Counted from the whole stretch's first letter, positions 11,919 through 22,876 are shown. The stretch: DNA of 63,991 nt, filler included, from Candidatus Hydrogenedentota bacterium (GCA_040752395.1; 14 parts of 14 records of this genome joined end to end with filler, not necessarily neighbours in it), one strand, 5' to 3'. Translations and numbers: made by a program. The notes: generated by a model not told the origin, from the letters alone.

Positions 11919-12413
11919 TTATTTAATACATATAGCCCATTGAGCAATCAGACCCACTGTTTTTATAATTTTTTGTTTAAAATAAGGTATATCTTTAAAA
12001 TATATTAGATTCGTATGCGGGCTTGTTCGTTTCTGAGACAAGCCCAGTAATTCGAGTAAATACGAGAGCCAGTCTGTATTTGGTTTTGGTGAAGTAAGCA
12101 TTAACATTCCACCAGGTTTTAATAAATCATAACAATCTTTAATACAATCAACGTGTTCAATGACTTCAAAACCAATAATTACGTCATATGATTCTTCTTT
12201 CAGCCCGAGTTTTCTCCACTCGAGTATGTTGCCGACGATATCAGCTGGTGGTTTGAGGTCAATACCTGTATAGTCTTTCCTGTCATTTTTCAGAAGATAT
12301 TCTTTTACCCAGCCTGTTCTGCAACCTATCTCAAGAATTTTAGCAGTTTTAGGTATTTGTTTTAAGAAGAAATCAATTTTTTTACGACGAGCATACTCAC
12401 TTAATATCGGCAT
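11919..12413 (-). CDS. Class I SAM-dependent methyltransferase
   Basis: ILEIGCRTG, YTGID, EVIEHV, LKPGG. Confidence 0.85.
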   Translation of the reverse strand: MPILSEYARRKKIDFFLKQIPKTAKILEIGCRTGWVKEYLLKNDRKDYTGIDLKPPADIVGNILEWRKLGLKEESYDVIIGFEVIEHVDCIKDCYDLLKPGGMLMLTSPKPNTDWLSYLLELLGLSQKRTSPHTNLIYFKDIPYFKQKIIKTVGLIAQWAICIK

Positions 12414-12575
12414 AAAAATACCTGCTTTTATCTCTCCAGAGATTAGAATTGAGAATAGCTGCCTTGCAAACTCACCCTCTGTCACCAAATCAGGATTATA
12501 CAAAAGAGGCTATAAATTATGAAGGAATTTATTTGTTGACTTTATACAAAAATTAAACAAAAGATACTATAAATT

Positions 12576-13496
12576 ATGAAAAAAACTGTTTTATATTTTT
12601 GGTTGTTTTTAATTTTGGGTATTTCCTGCGGAAAGAAAGAAGAGGTAATAAAATTTGTAGGATTCTATCGAAGTGAGTGCCCGGAAATACAAAAACTTAA
12701 AGTGAATTTTACTAATACGACTGATAATGATATATCTCCGCACTTTTTTATACAACAAGTACCTTATCAACCAGGATATTGGAGAATTATCAAAGGCTCG
12801 AAGATTGTTTCACCAGCTAAAACAGAGATATATGTTATAAAATCACCTTATGATGATTATGGTTTAATGCCGGAGAAAGAAGCTGTTATTTCGATTCGAG
12901 ATAAGAATTATCAGTATGCACAAAAGATACGGATACCCGAGATAGAATTACCCCCGATATTTAACCCCGATTTCAGCTATTATCGTTTTAATAATAGCAG
13001 GTTAATCAGAGTGCCTATGCACTGGAAGGTTGAAAAGATAAATATGAGAGATGATTCTTTTAATATTATCCGTGATAAGGTAAATAATATTTACTATCAG
13101 ATAATTTTTCCGGTGCAAAAAGAAAAATCAAAAGTCAGGATATCGCAAAATATAGACTATTTAAATAAACCATTAACGATACTTTTGAGATCGAATATTT
13201 CAGCGACAAAAAATAACACTATTATAATACGATTACGATTTGCTGATACAATAATAGATTATGTATTAAGAGATGATTTAGATTCCCCCAAAACAATTAA
13301 GCGGAATAAAAATCATATTGTTATATCTTTGAGATATTCCAGGGATAAACTTACAAGACTTGTCCTCAAGCCATTTGCGTATCTATCAATTAAAGATGCA
13401 TCCTCAAAAAAAATCTTTCTTGAATTGAATATTTTTGTAGAAAACAATAAAGAGAAATATTATTTTGTTCTTGATAGAATAAAATATGCGATCTAG
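12576..13496 (+). CDS. Hypothetical lipoprotein
   Basis: GIS-C lipobox after hydrophobic signal. Confidence 0.65.
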   Translation: MKKTVLYFWLFLILGISCGKKEEVIKFVGFYRSECPEIQKLKVNFTNTTDNDISPHFFIQQVPYQPGYWRIIKGSKIVSPAKTEIYVIKSPYDDYGLMPEKEAVISIRDKNYQYAQKIRIPEIELPPIFNPDFSYYRFNNSRLIRVPMHWKVEKINMRDDSFNIIRDKVNNIYYQIIFPVQKEKSKVRISQNIDYLNKPLTILLRSNISATKNNTIIIRLRFADTIIDYVLRDDLDSPKTIKRNKNHIVISLRYSRDKLTRLVLKPFAYLSIKDASSKKIFLELNIFVENNKEKYYFVLDRIKYAI

Positions 13497-13785
13497 AATA
13501 CGACGTCTCTTTTAAACCCTATTTTGTTTATGGGTTACAAAGTGACAAAGGTACAGAGGCACAAAGGGATATAAAAAGCCTCAAAAAACTTTGTGCCTTT
13601 GTGCCTGAAAAAAATGACTTTTAAAAGAAACCTCGTATTCCCTCAGAACTTGTGAAATAATCAACATTAATACCTGCTAACTTTTTTATTATCAGTCCCC
13701 ATTTTCTAAAAAAGTCTAATTTTTTCACAGGTTTTCAGTCTTCAGTGGGATTCCGTAATCTTGCTTCTTGCTTCTAAAGTAATAC
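13496..13785. repeat. Nested palindromic elements (8-mer GCACAAAG/CTTTGTGC hairpin, terminal motif, second inverted repeat)
   Basis: GAATACGACGTCTCTTTTAAA...TTTTAAAAGAAACCTCGTATTC; GTATTCCCTCAG at 13635; AACTTGTGAAA...TTTCACAGGTT. Confidence 0.75.
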
Positions 13786-13791
13786 TTTCTC

Positions 13792-13820
13792 TTGACAAAT
13801 GATTTTTATGCAGTTATAAT
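13792..13820 (+). promoter_or_regulatory. Consensus sigma70 promoter
   Basis: TTGACA-N17-TATAAT. Confidence 0.8.
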
Positions 13821-13860
13821 GCATAAAAAAGAGAAAATTTGTGTATTAAGAGATTAAACT

Positions 13861-14019
13861 ATGGGACTTAGAGAGATAAAACAGATCTTAATTGACCAAA
13901 GTGAAAATCTAAAATGCAACAATCTACTAATTTTGACTGATGATGTAGAAGAAAAAGAAAAGGTTAAGGGTAAAATAATAACCTTTATCCCGGTATGGAA
14001 ATGGATAATTTACCCATAA
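13861..14019 (+). pseudogene. 52-aa internally deleted remnant of an AAA_14/DUF4143-type ATPase
   Basis: MGLREIKQILIDQ fused to LKCNNLLILTDD...IITFIPVWKWII, resembling the two termini of that family. Confidence 0.55.
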
Positions 14020-14025
14020 ACAGGA

Positions 14026-15036
14026 TTACAAAACAAGCGTTACAATCTTTGTTACTATAAAAGCGATCAATCCGCAGACAGGAAAAGTCAAAAGCCATGC
14101 TGCTATTATCTGATTCGTAACTCCCCATCTGACAGCAGAAAGCCTTCTTATACTGCCCACACCCATTATTGAGGTATTTATAGTATGAGTTGTTGAGAGT
14201 GGAATCCCGAGTCTGGAAGCGATTTCTATGGTCAGAGCTGCTCCTGTCTCTGCTGAAAATCCGTGAACAGCCTCAAGCTTTGTTATTTTAAAACCCATTG
14301 TTTTTATTATGCGCCAACCTCCGAGAGCGGTTCCTATTCCCATAACGATACTGCATACAAGGATTATCCATACAGGTATCTGAAAGGATTTATCCTTAAA
14401 TTCTTCCATAGGGATGATTCCACATAAAACCAGAGAAAGAGCAAATACACCTATAAATTTCTGTCCGTCATTTGTTCCGTGGCTGAATGACATAAAAGCA
14501 GAGGATAGAATCTGAAGTTTTGAAAATATCATACGTATTTTTTTTTGATGAACTTTTCTGAACAATTTATAGACAAGAAGCATAATAAAAAGACCGCCGA
14601 AGAACCCGAGAAATGTTGAGAACAAAAGTCCTATAAAAACCTTTTTCCATCCGGCTGCAACAAGAACCGAGGGTCCTGCTTTTGCCAGTCCGGCTCCTGC
14701 AAGACCGGATACCAGTGCATGGGATTCACTTGTTGGGAGTCCAAAGTACCATGTTATGCTTGAAAAAATTATTATTCCAAGCATAGCTGCTGATATTGTA
14801 GTAAGATCAATCACAGAGGGTTCGACTATCCCTTTGCCTATGGTCATAGCAACTGAGGTTCCTGCAAGAAGCACGCCTGCAATATTTAAAAGCGATGCCA
14901 TTATTACTGCCTGAATTGGCAACAAGACCCTTGTTGAGACGCAGGTAGCTATAGCATTAGGAGCATCGGTCCATCCATTGACAAACTCAGCCCATAAAAT
15001 AAGAATAATAACAATTATCAAACCCAGGTTTTCCAT
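14026..15036 (-). CDS. pit: PiT-family inorganic phosphate transporter
   Basis: NGWTDAPNAIAT, GLPTSESHA, HGTNDGQK, PLSTTH. Confidence 0.95.
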   Translation of the reverse strand: MENLGLIIVIILILWAEFVNGWTDAPNAIATCVSTRVLLPIQAVIMASLLNIAGVLLAGTSVAMTIGKGIVEPSVIDLTTISAAMLGIIIFSSITWYFGLPTSESHALVSGLAGAGLAKAGPSVLVAAGWKKVFIGLLFSTFLGFFGGLFIMLLVYKLFRKVHQKKIRMIFSKLQILSSAFMSFSHGTNDGQKFIGVFALSLVLCGIIPMEEFKDKSFQIPVWIILVCSIVMGIGTALGGWRIIKTMGFKITKLEAVHGFSAETGAALTIEIASRLGIPLSTTHTINTSIMGVGSIRRLSAVRWGVTNQIIAAWLLTFPVCGLIAFIVTKIVTLVL

Positions 15037-15042
15037 AAGTGG

Positions 15043-15687
15043 TTATCCGAATTTTACCATTATCCCGCGGCAGATTTTACCTACATAATCAACCGAATCT
15101 ACCATCTCTTCAAGTAGTTCATAGACTTCCTTAAATTTTATTATATCTATAGAAGTGTAGTTCTCACTAAAAAGTTCAGCGATGCTATCATGAAAAAGAT
15201 AATCACCTTTATTCTCTAACTCATGCATCAATTTAACAATATCATTGACATTTTTCTTATTTTTAAGAGCTTCAATCAGTTCAGGAAGTTTTGAGGTGAT
15301 TTCAATAATTAATTCAGTAAAAGAGCATACATTTTTCGGGACCTTTTTAATAGAATAAGTCTCAATCTTTTGAGATAGACTGTTAAGTATATCAAGTGCT
15401 CTATCTATGTTTATAGCGATATCGTGTATATCTTCTCTATCAAGTGGTGTCACGAATGTTTTATGAAGCTCGTCAATAATCTGAAACTCAACATCATCAC
15501 CTTTACCCTCACATTTTTTTATATCCATAAGCAATTTTTTTATCTCGTAATTATCTAATTTTTCGATGCTTGATACTAAATTTTTGAAAATATTACATCC
15601 CTCAAGTAAAATACTTACCTGCTTACACATCATGTCAAAAAATTTAGTTTCCCGTGGCACCAATAAATCTAAAAAATTGAGTTTCAT
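15043..15687 (-). CDS. DUF47 phosphate transport regulator
   Basis: LHKTFVTPLDREDI, ELENKGD; next to pit. Confidence 0.9.
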   Translation of the reverse strand: MKLNFLDLLVPRETKFFDMMCKQVSILLEGCNIFKNLVSSIEKLDNYEIKKLLMDIKKCEGKGDDVEFQIIDELHKTFVTPLDREDIHDIAINIDRALDILNSLSQKIETYSIKKVPKNVCSFTELIIEITSKLPELIEALKNKKNVNDIVKLMHELENKGDYLFHDSIAELFSENYTSIDIIKFKEVYELLEEMVDSVDYVGKICRGIMVKFG

Positions 15688-15847
15688 TTGTTTACTCCTA
15701 TGACAAGTTAAAAGTTAAAAGGCAAAAGTAAAAAATATCATATCATCTCCTATGACAAAAAACAAGAAGCAAGATAACGAAAAAGTAGTGAGCTAACGGT
15801 TCACAAAAACGAAAAAATCTATAAATTATCAAAAATTGTCAATATTT

Positions 15848-17200
15848 TTATGTGAGGTATCTTTTAGAGAGAGATCTTATAATTTCATAAGTTGCAGAAA
15901 GGATATAATTTATCTCGTTTTTAGTTATACAGAATGGTAGATAAAAATAGATTATATCACCTAACGGCCGTAAAATAACTCTTTTCTTTAACCCCATTTT
16001 ATATATTTTAAACCCAATTCTTTCTTTGAAGTCAAATCTTTGTTTTGTATTTCTATTTCTTACCAGTTCTATAGCTCCAACTAAACCGATATAGCGAACA
16101 TCACCGATAATCTGGATATCGAGGAACCTCTCCATTAGTTGATGAAAAATCTTTATCAACGGCTGTATTTTTGTAAGTGTATCATCTTTTTCAAATATTT
16201 CAAGGCTTGCTAAAGCAGCTGAACAGGAGATAGGATTTGCTGTATAGGTATGACCGTGATAAAATGTTTTTTTGTTTATATAATCATCATAAAATGCCTG
16301 GTATATATCTTCAGTAGTTAATGTTGCAGCGAGCGGCAAGGTACCTGATGTTATACCCTTTGAGAGACATAAGAAATCAGGTTTTATATCACAATATTCA
16401 CACGCAAACATCTTTCCCGTTCTGCCAAACCCTGTTGCAACCTCATCGAGTATAAGATGGATATTATATTTTTTTACTAATATATCTACTTTTTTAAGAA
16501 ACTCTTTGGGATAAATTATCATTCCCGAAGCTGCGAGAAGCAATGGTTCTATAATAATAGCAGATATTCTTCTTTCATTTTTTCTAATTAATATCTCAAG
16601 CGGTTTTAGACACTCGATTCTGCAATCTTTTTGGTTTTTATTCACAGGGCATCTGTAGCAATATGGGGTTGGAACTTTATAATGTTGGATATAAAGTGGT
16701 TTAAAGATCTCACTAAATAAAGAGATACCGCTAACGCTCATCGAACCGATGGTGTCACCATGATAAGCAGAGTCTAAAGAAACAAATCTGTTTTTATCTT
16801 TTATACCCTTATTTTTCCAGTACTGAAATGACATCTTTAATGCAACTTCAACAGCTGTGGAACCGTTATCAGAGTAAAAAACTTTTGTTAAATTGGGAGG
16901 CGATATAGAGATCAATTTTTCAGAGAGTAAAATTGCAGGTTTATGCGTAAAACCTGCAAAAAGAACGTGATCAAGTTTATTTAGTTGGTCTTTAATTGCT
17001 TTTACCATAAAAGGATGATTGTGACCATGAACATTACACCACCAGCTTGATATCGTATCATAATAGAAATTACCTTTGCTATCGTATAATTTCAATCCTT
17101 TAGCTTTTTCAATGAGGATAGGTGGCAGTGTTTGACAGTCTTTCATCTGGGTATAAGGGTGCCAGTTATATTTTAAATCTTTTTTTATCCAGTTATCCAT
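15848..17200 (-). CDS. bioA: DAPA aminotransferase
   Basis: WHPYTQMK, SSWWCNVHGH, DEVATGFGRTG, LSKGIT. Confidence 0.95.
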   Translation of the reverse strand: MDNWIKKDLKYNWHPYTQMKDCQTLPPILIEKAKGLKLYDSKGNFYYDTISSWWCNVHGHNHPFMVKAIKDQLNKLDHVLFAGFTHKPAILLSEKLISISPPNLTKVFYSDNGSTAVEVALKMSFQYWKNKGIKDKNRFVSLDSAYHGDTIGSMSVSGISLFSEIFKPLYIQHYKVPTPYCYRCPVNKNQKDCRIECLKPLEILIRKNERRISAIIIEPLLLAASGMIIYPKEFLKKVDILVKKYNIHLILDEVATGFGRTGKMFACEYCDIKPDFLCLSKGITSGTLPLAATLTTEDIYQAFYDDYINKKTFYHGHTYTANPISCSAALASLEIFEKDDTLTKIQPLIKIFHQLMERFLDIQIIGDVRYIGLVGAIELVRNRNTKQRFDFKERIGFKIYKMGLKKRVILRPLGDIIYFYLPFCITKNEINYILSATYEIIRSLSKRYLT

Positions 17201-17877
17201 CGCTCAATTCTCCTACCAATTTTAGTAAATTCCTGTTTAAGTGTTTCTATGTTTTTACTAAAAGGCAAGGTACCGAGAAAATTTACAGAACCAAATCTAT
17301 GAATAATCTCAGGGTTATCCACGAGTATTATTCTATTTCCTTTTTGTATATTATTAAAGATCACACCTATTATTGGTATCTTTCGCTTTTTTAGAATTTC
17401 TATAGAAAGGAGCGTGTGGTTGATAGTGCCGAGTTTATTTAATGTTACAAGGATCACAGGTAATTTAAGTTTTGCGATATAATCGACAAGTAAATCATTA
17501 TGATTCAGCGGAACACAGAGCCCACCTGTACCCTCAACAAGAACAGTATCAAATAATCGAGTCAACTTAATAAAAGCTTGATATATCTTCTGAAACCTTA
17601 TCTTTTTTTTCTGGATACTTGCTGAAAGATGTGGTGATGCAGGGAAGGTAAAATAATATGGCTGTATAAGTTTTTTTATCTTTCTGTCTGCAAAAATTTT
17701 GGTTTTGGTCCCGAACATTATTTTTTGATGTATCATTATATCAGATGGTTTACCGCTCTGAACCCATTTCTGGGTTATAATATTATAGCCTCTATCAAGC
17801 AAATATTTTCCAAGAAGGCCGGTTATCAGAGTTTTTCCGCAGGAGGTATCAGTACCTGCAATAAAGATACTTTTCAT
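17185..17877 (-). CDS. bioD: Dethiobiotin synthase
   Basis: GTDTSCGKT, VEGTGG, LGTINHTLL. Confidence 0.95.
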   Translation of the reverse strand: MKSIFIAGTDTSCGKTLITGLLGKYLLDRGYNIITQKWVQSGKPSDIMIHQKIMFGTKTKIFADRKIKKLIQPYYFTFPASPHLSASIQKKKIRFQKIYQAFIKLTRLFDTVLVEGTGGLCVPLNHNDLLVDYIAKLKLPVILVTLNKLGTINHTLLSIEILKKRKIPIIGVIFNNIQKGNRIILVDNPEIIHRFGSVNFLGTLPFSKNIETLKQEFTKIGRRIERWITG

Positions 17878-18662
17878 TTTTCTGCTTTGCATAAATAAAC
17901 CTGATAAGTTGCAGTGATATTTTTAGAAATGGTTTTATAAACATCTTCAACATCCGCTATTATCTTTTTTGTGAAAAACAGTCTTTTATTTAAACCAATG
18001 CCTTGAGTTCCTGTATGTTTTATTTTGAGTAAGAGTTCTTTTAATGATGAATAATTTTCTTTATAAATAATTTCTTTAATAGAGACATTATAAAAATATT
18101 TCTGTAGAATTGTGATGAGTTGTTCTTTTGAGAAGAAATTAGAAGATGTTATTTTTGAATCTTTTTTAAGATATTCACAGATAGAAGAACGTAGTTCATT
18201 GAAAGTTTCAGGCCCGAAAATGGAAAAACTTAACAAACCATTCTTATTCAACATATTCTTATAGCTATCCAATGTCAAATCCAGATCATTAAACCACTGA
18301 AAGGTTGCGTTCGAGGTTATTAAATCAAATTTAGCTGTTAGGTGGGTCTCTTCTGCGTCTGCTACGAGAAACTCGATCTCTGCACCATTCTTGAGCGATT
18401 TCGCTTTATAAATTTTGTTTCTTGCTTGCTTTACCATTGCTTCAGAGATATCAAGACTTATAATTTTCGATAAAGGGAACTTTTCTGTAATTAGTAGAGT
18501 ATAATTTCCTGTGCCTGTTCCGAGTTCAAGAATATATTTGGGGTCTCTATTCCCTGAAAACTCAAGCAGATCCGATGCTGCATTATTTTGGATGTTAGCA
18601 TATCTATCATAGGTATTGGCATATTTTGAGAAGTTTTTGCTAATTATAGCTTTATCAATCAT
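17874..18662 (-). CDS. bioC: Malonyl-ACP O-methyltransferase
   Basis: FSKYANTYDRYANIQ, ELGTGTG, SNATFQW. Confidence 0.9.
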   Translation of the reverse strand: MIDKAIISKNFSKYANTYDRYANIQNNAASDLLEFSGNRDPKYILELGTGTGNYTLLITEKFPLSKIISLDISEAMVKQARNKIYKAKSLKNGAEIEFLVADAEETHLTAKFDLITSNATFQWFNDLDLTLDSYKNMLNKNGLLSFSIFGPETFNELRSSICEYLKKDSKITSSNFFSKEQLITILQKYFYNVSIKEIIYKENYSSLKELLLKIKHTGTQGIGLNKRLFFTKKIIADVEDVYKTISKNITATYQVYLCKAEK

Positions 18663-19819
18663 ACAAATTTTCTCAAACTATCGAGTAGATTTATAATTAC
18701 TTCTTTTGAATGATTAAAAGTCATAGAGAATCTAAGTCTTGACTCATTTTTAGGGACTGTGGGATACCTGATCGGGAGCACAAAATAACCCTGTCTTTGA
18801 AGTCTGGCAGCTATTTTTATTGTTTTATTGTTATCGCCGATAATTAGCGGTATTATCTGGGAAGACCCACGAACTTTAAGACCGAGGTCTTTTAAATTGT
18901 CTTTAAAGAACTCCGAATTTTTTAATAACGTTTCTCTTCTAAACTTTTCATTCCTGATAATTTCAATAGCTTTAAGATTAGAAGCAATCACAGCTGGCGG
19001 CAGGCTGGTTGAATAGATGAAACTTCTTGCAGTGTTAATTAAATACTCAATCATTTTTTTATCTGAAGTGCAGTATGCACCAAAACATCCGAGCGCTTTA
19101 CTGAAAGTACCCATAATTATATCGATCTCATCTGAAATACCTTCTTGTTCAACTATACCCGAACCATTTTCTCCAAAAATCCCGGTAGCATGTGCTTCAT
19201 CAACCATAATTATACAATCATACCTCTTTTTTAATTCAATAAGCTCTTTTAAAGGTGCACGATCACCATCCATACTGAAAATTGTCTCTGTAATAATCAG
19301 GGCTTTTTTATATTTTTTTCTTTGTTTTTCAAGCAGGGACTTGAGATTATCTGTATCATTATGTTTAAATCTTATAATTTTTGCTTGCGAAAGAATTATA
19401 CCATCAATAATGCTTGCATGATTCAATCTATCAGAAAAGACACAATCATCTCTTGATAAGAGTGCACTTAATATCCCGAGATTTGCCTGATAGCCTGAAT
19501 TAAATATTAATGCTTTCTCTTTTTGTTTAAATCTTGCAACCTCTTCTTCAAGTTTATGATGTATCTCAAAGCTTCCGGATAAAAGTCTTGACGCGCAGGC
19601 TCCAGTACCATACCTGTTAACAGCTTCTTTAGCTGCATTAATTATTTGGGGATGATTTGAGAGACCGAGGTAATCATTTGAAGAAAAATCAATATATTCT
19701 TTGTTATTAACTATAATTTTACAGCCTCTCCTTTCTTTTATCGGATATAATTTTCTAAGTAGACCCTGCTTTTCTCTGTTTTTTAGACTCTCTGTCAATA
19801 AGATATAGACTTTTTGCAT
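18659..19819 (-). CDS. bioF: 8-amino-7-oxononanoate synthase
   Basis: FSSNDYLGL, NHASIIDG, DEAHATG, GTFSKALG. Confidence 0.95.
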   Translation of the reverse strand: MQKVYILLTESLKNREKQGLLRKLYPIKERRGCKIIVNNKEYIDFSSNDYLGLSNHPQIINAAKEAVNRYGTGACASRLLSGSFEIHHKLEEEVARFKQKEKALIFNSGYQANLGILSALLSRDDCVFSDRLNHASIIDGIILSQAKIIRFKHNDTDNLKSLLEKQRKKYKKALIITETIFSMDGDRAPLKELIELKKRYDCIIMVDEAHATGIFGENGSGIVEQEGISDEIDIIMGTFSKALGCFGAYCTSDKKMIEYLINTARSFIYSTSLPPAVIASNLKAIEIIRNEKFRRETLLKNSEFFKDNLKDLGLKVRGSSQIIPLIIGDNNKTIKIAARLQRQGYFVLPIRYPTVPKNESRLRFSMTFNHSKEVIINLLDSLRKFV

Positions 19820-19877
19820 AGCTTAATTCACGCTTGCAGGTGGAGTAGACCAGGCTGTCGGCCTGGCCCTGCCTGCT

Positions 19878-20807
19878 TTATTGCATCCATAAAGATTTAA
19901 TAAAAGAAACAAGTTTCAGGTCTTCAGCTACTTCTCTGCCTTTTATAGTTAGATAACCACCAATTATCATACCATTTATACCGGAAAGAAAAGCTAAAGC
20001 CTGAAAATCTTTTAGTATCGATTCTCTGGCCGCAGCAAGTTTGATTATTTTAGAAGGAAGGATAATTCTAAACAAAGCCAGAGTTCTTATAGCATCTACA
20101 GGGGATAGGGGAACGATATTTTCAAGTTTTGTCCCTTTAATAGGGACAAGGATATTTATCGGTATAGAATGTGGACTGACTTTTTTAAGAAGCAGAGCCA
20201 TATCGAGTCTGTCCCCCCAGGTCTCTCCCATACCTATAATCCCACCGCAACATAGTTCAAGACCAGCTTCTTTTACTGCGTCTATAGTTCGTAATTTATC
20301 AGCAAAAGTATGTGTAGTGACAATTCGTGGAAAAAATTTTTCTGATGTTTCGATATTATGATGGTATCTTGAGAGTCCTGCGTCTTTTAATATGACAAGT
20401 TTTTCATAATTAATGCTGCCAAGAGAAGCACAGACATCTATTCCGACTTTTTCTTTAATAGCAGCCACAGTTTCGACAATTCTATCGAAATCTTTATTTG
20501 ATAAGACATTACCGCTTGTAACGATACCGAATTTTGCTGCGTTATTTTTTTTTGATTTATAAGCCTCTTCTATTATCTCAGATTTATCTTTAAGTGGATA
20601 AACAGGTGCATCAGTTTTATGTCTTTTAGATTGGGCGCAGAATTTACAGTCCTGTGGGCATAACCCTGATTTCGCATTTATTATCGAACACAATTCTATA
20701 TTATTATCCCCGATATTTTCTTTACGCAGACGGTTTGCTTGCTGTATTAATTCAAGTAGCGGTAGATTTAATAAATCTTTATATTCAGCTATAGAATAAC
20801 TTATCAT
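19878..20807 (-). CDS. bioB: Biotin synthase
   Basis: CPQDCKFC radical SAM motif, YHHNIET. Confidence 0.95.
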   Translation of the reverse strand: MISYSIAEYKDLLNLPLLELIQQANRLRKENIGDNNIELCSIINAKSGLCPQDCKFCAQSKRHKTDAPVYPLKDKSEIIEEAYKSKKNNAAKFGIVTSGNVLSNKDFDRIVETVAAIKEKVGIDVCASLGSINYEKLVILKDAGLSRYHHNIETSEKFFPRIVTTHTFADKLRTIDAVKEAGLELCCGGIIGMGETWGDRLDMALLLKKVSPHSIPINILVPIKGTKLENIVPLSPVDAIRTLALFRIILPSKIIKLAAARESILKDFQALAFLSGINGMIIGGYLTIKGREVAEDLKLVSFIKSLWMQ

Positions 20808-21081
20808 AGTTAAAACGATGATAGGTAAGAGAGATTAAAGCTGTCAAGCAGAAAAACGAAAAACATAAATTAGTTGATTAATATTATAAAAATAATATTA
20901 TTTTTTCGGATGATCTGCTATTGATATGCGATACCAACGCAACGTCTGTAACAAAGACATATGCTTATAACGTAGTAATGAGCCGTGTAGAATTATTATT
21001 GACTTTTCATCTGGTCTTTTATATTAAGAATATTCAAGTATGCAAAAGAAGTTTGAGTATATAGATGGAGGAAGAAGTAAA

Positions 21082-21375
21082 ATGCAAACTGTAACAGTAA
21101 AAATTGAATTTCCTAAAGATATTTTTTTACATTGGGGAAGTTCCAAGGAAAACGTAGAAAAGGATGTAAAAGAAGCCACGGCCTTAAAACTTTTTCGGGA
21201 AAAAAGACTTTCTTTTGGCAAAGCCGCTGAGCTGGCCGGTATGTGTTTGTCAGATTTTATGGATTTAACAAGGGAACACAAGATCCCGTTAATAGATTAT
21301 TCAAAAGAAGAATTAGAAGACGAAATAAAAACATCTAAAGAATTAGCGCAAAAATTTAAGAAAAATAAAAAATGA
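21082..21375 (+). CDS. UPF0175-family antitoxin-like protein
   Basis: LSFGKAAELAGM...FMDL; GGAGG SD. Confidence 0.85.
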   Translation: MQTVTVKIEFPKDIFLHWGSSKENVEKDVKEATALKLFREKRLSFGKAAELAGMCLSDFMDLTREHKIPLIDYSKEELEDEIKTSKELAQKFKKNKK

Positions 21376-21593
21376 TAATTGTTTCAGATTCAGGACCTTT
21401 AATCAGTTTATCAAAAATAAAGAAATTTAATATTTTAAATCAGATATTTAAGCAGATAATAATACCAGATGCTGTTTACAATGAAGTTGTGAAAGACGGT
21501 AGGAAAAGAGCGGGTGAGAGTGAGACAAAAGATGCATTGGGGACGGAAAATATAGAGAACACCCTTACCCCTCGTACGATTATGAAGCGGTAA
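21372..21593 (+). pseudogene. DUF3368 PIN-like protein, 3'-truncated
   Basis: MIIVSDSGPLISLSKI...IIIPDAVYNEV; only 73 aa. Confidence 0.75.
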
Positions 21594-21633
21594 TGAGCTG
21601 TTGCAGATAGTTTGCGCCTGCGTTTACAAGAAA

Positions 21634-22464
21634 ATGAAGATGTTATTTTTAAAAGTTGTTGTCTATTTTTTGATATTTGTTTTTTTTCTGAAAATGTTTG
21701 TTTGGTTTTATGAAAGAAAACTTATCTATTTCCCGTATAAAATTTTAGAATATACACCTGATGTTATTGGGTTGAAATGGGAAGATATTGAGGTGGTCAC
21801 AGATGATGGGATTAGACTGAACGGATGGTATATACCTGCTCTGGATAGTATCTGCACTCTAATATTTGCTCATGGGAATGCGGGCAATATCTCACATAGA
21901 CTTGATAAGATTATAATGTTTTATAAAAGAAATATCTCTGTTTTTATCTTTGATTATCGTGGTTATGGTAAAAGTGGTGGCAGGCCATCAGAAAAAGGTT
22001 TGTACCTCGATGGTTTAGCTGCATATAATTATCTGGTAAACAAAAGAGGGGTCCAACCGGAAGATATCGTAGTATATGGTGAATCCATAGGGTCTGCTAT
22101 AGTTTCGTATATCGCTTCAAAAAACAGAGTTAGAGCGATTATCCTTGAGTCGCCGTTTACAAATGCTCGAGATATGTCAACTAAGATATTGCCTTTTTTA
22201 CCTGTAAAATATTTTGTAACTATAAAATTTGATATTATGTCAATGCTAAAAGATGTAGAGGACCGTATACTTATTATTCATGGCAATAAAGACGAGATTG
22301 TTCCGTTCTTACTTGGCAAAAAGTTGTTCGATTCATTAAAAACTAAAAACAAAGAATTTTATGAAGTACCTGAAGCGGGTCATAATGATGTCAGTTTTGT
22401 AGGTGGTGACAGATATTTTGACAGGATAAAAGAATTTATTCTTGCAAATAGAGATACAGAGTAA
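21634..22464 (+). CDS. Alpha/beta hydrolase
   Basis: HGNAGN, DYRGYG, GESIG nucleophile, HGNKDEIVP, GHND; stop codon lies in the terminal motif GTAATTCCTCGGT. Confidence 0.9.
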   Translation: MKMLFLKVVVYFLIFVFFLKMFVWFYERKLIYFPYKILEYTPDVIGLKWEDIEVVTDDGIRLNGWYIPALDSICTLIFAHGNAGNISHRLDKIIMFYKRNISVFIFDYRGYGKSGGRPSEKGLYLDGLAAYNYLVNKRGVQPEDIVVYGESIGSAIVSYIASKNRVRAIILESPFTNARDMSTKILPFLPVKYFVTIKFDIMSMLKDVEDRILIIHGNKDEIVPFLLGKKLFDSLKTKNKEFYEVPEAGHNDVSFVGGDRYFDRIKEFILANRDTE

Positions 22465-22876
22465 TTCCTCGGTTCGAAGAGTCAAAGAGTTGAGGGTTAA
22501 GAATGGGGTGGTGAACAAAGGGATGACTCGGTGGCAGCTGAAGCAAGAGGAAAGAGACGCCGCGAATTTAGAAGAAGGTGGAATTCTAGAGAAGAGAGAC
22601 GGGATAATTATGAACAATAGTAAACCACTGGTAATATAATTGCTAAGATCATAAAATCATATAATAAAAAAATCGTTTTAGATATTGGATGTCAATAGAA
22701 AAATTGTGTAAATAAAAAGAGGGATAAAGAAAGCAATAGCAAAGAGCCCGATAAAAATTACGATTTAGGGAAAAACNNNNNNNNNNNNNNNNNNNNNNNN
22801 NNNNNNNNNNNNNNNNNNNNTTAATTAATTAANNNNNNNNNNNNNNNNNNNNNNNNNNNNNNNNNNNNNNNNNNNN

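Noticed and set aside
22336-22639. Minus-strand ORF with CFSCH (CxxCH), and the plus-strand 65-aa ORF
   Set aside because: No credible start or SD, it overlaps the hydrolase and runs through a repeat. Chance or a small remnant.
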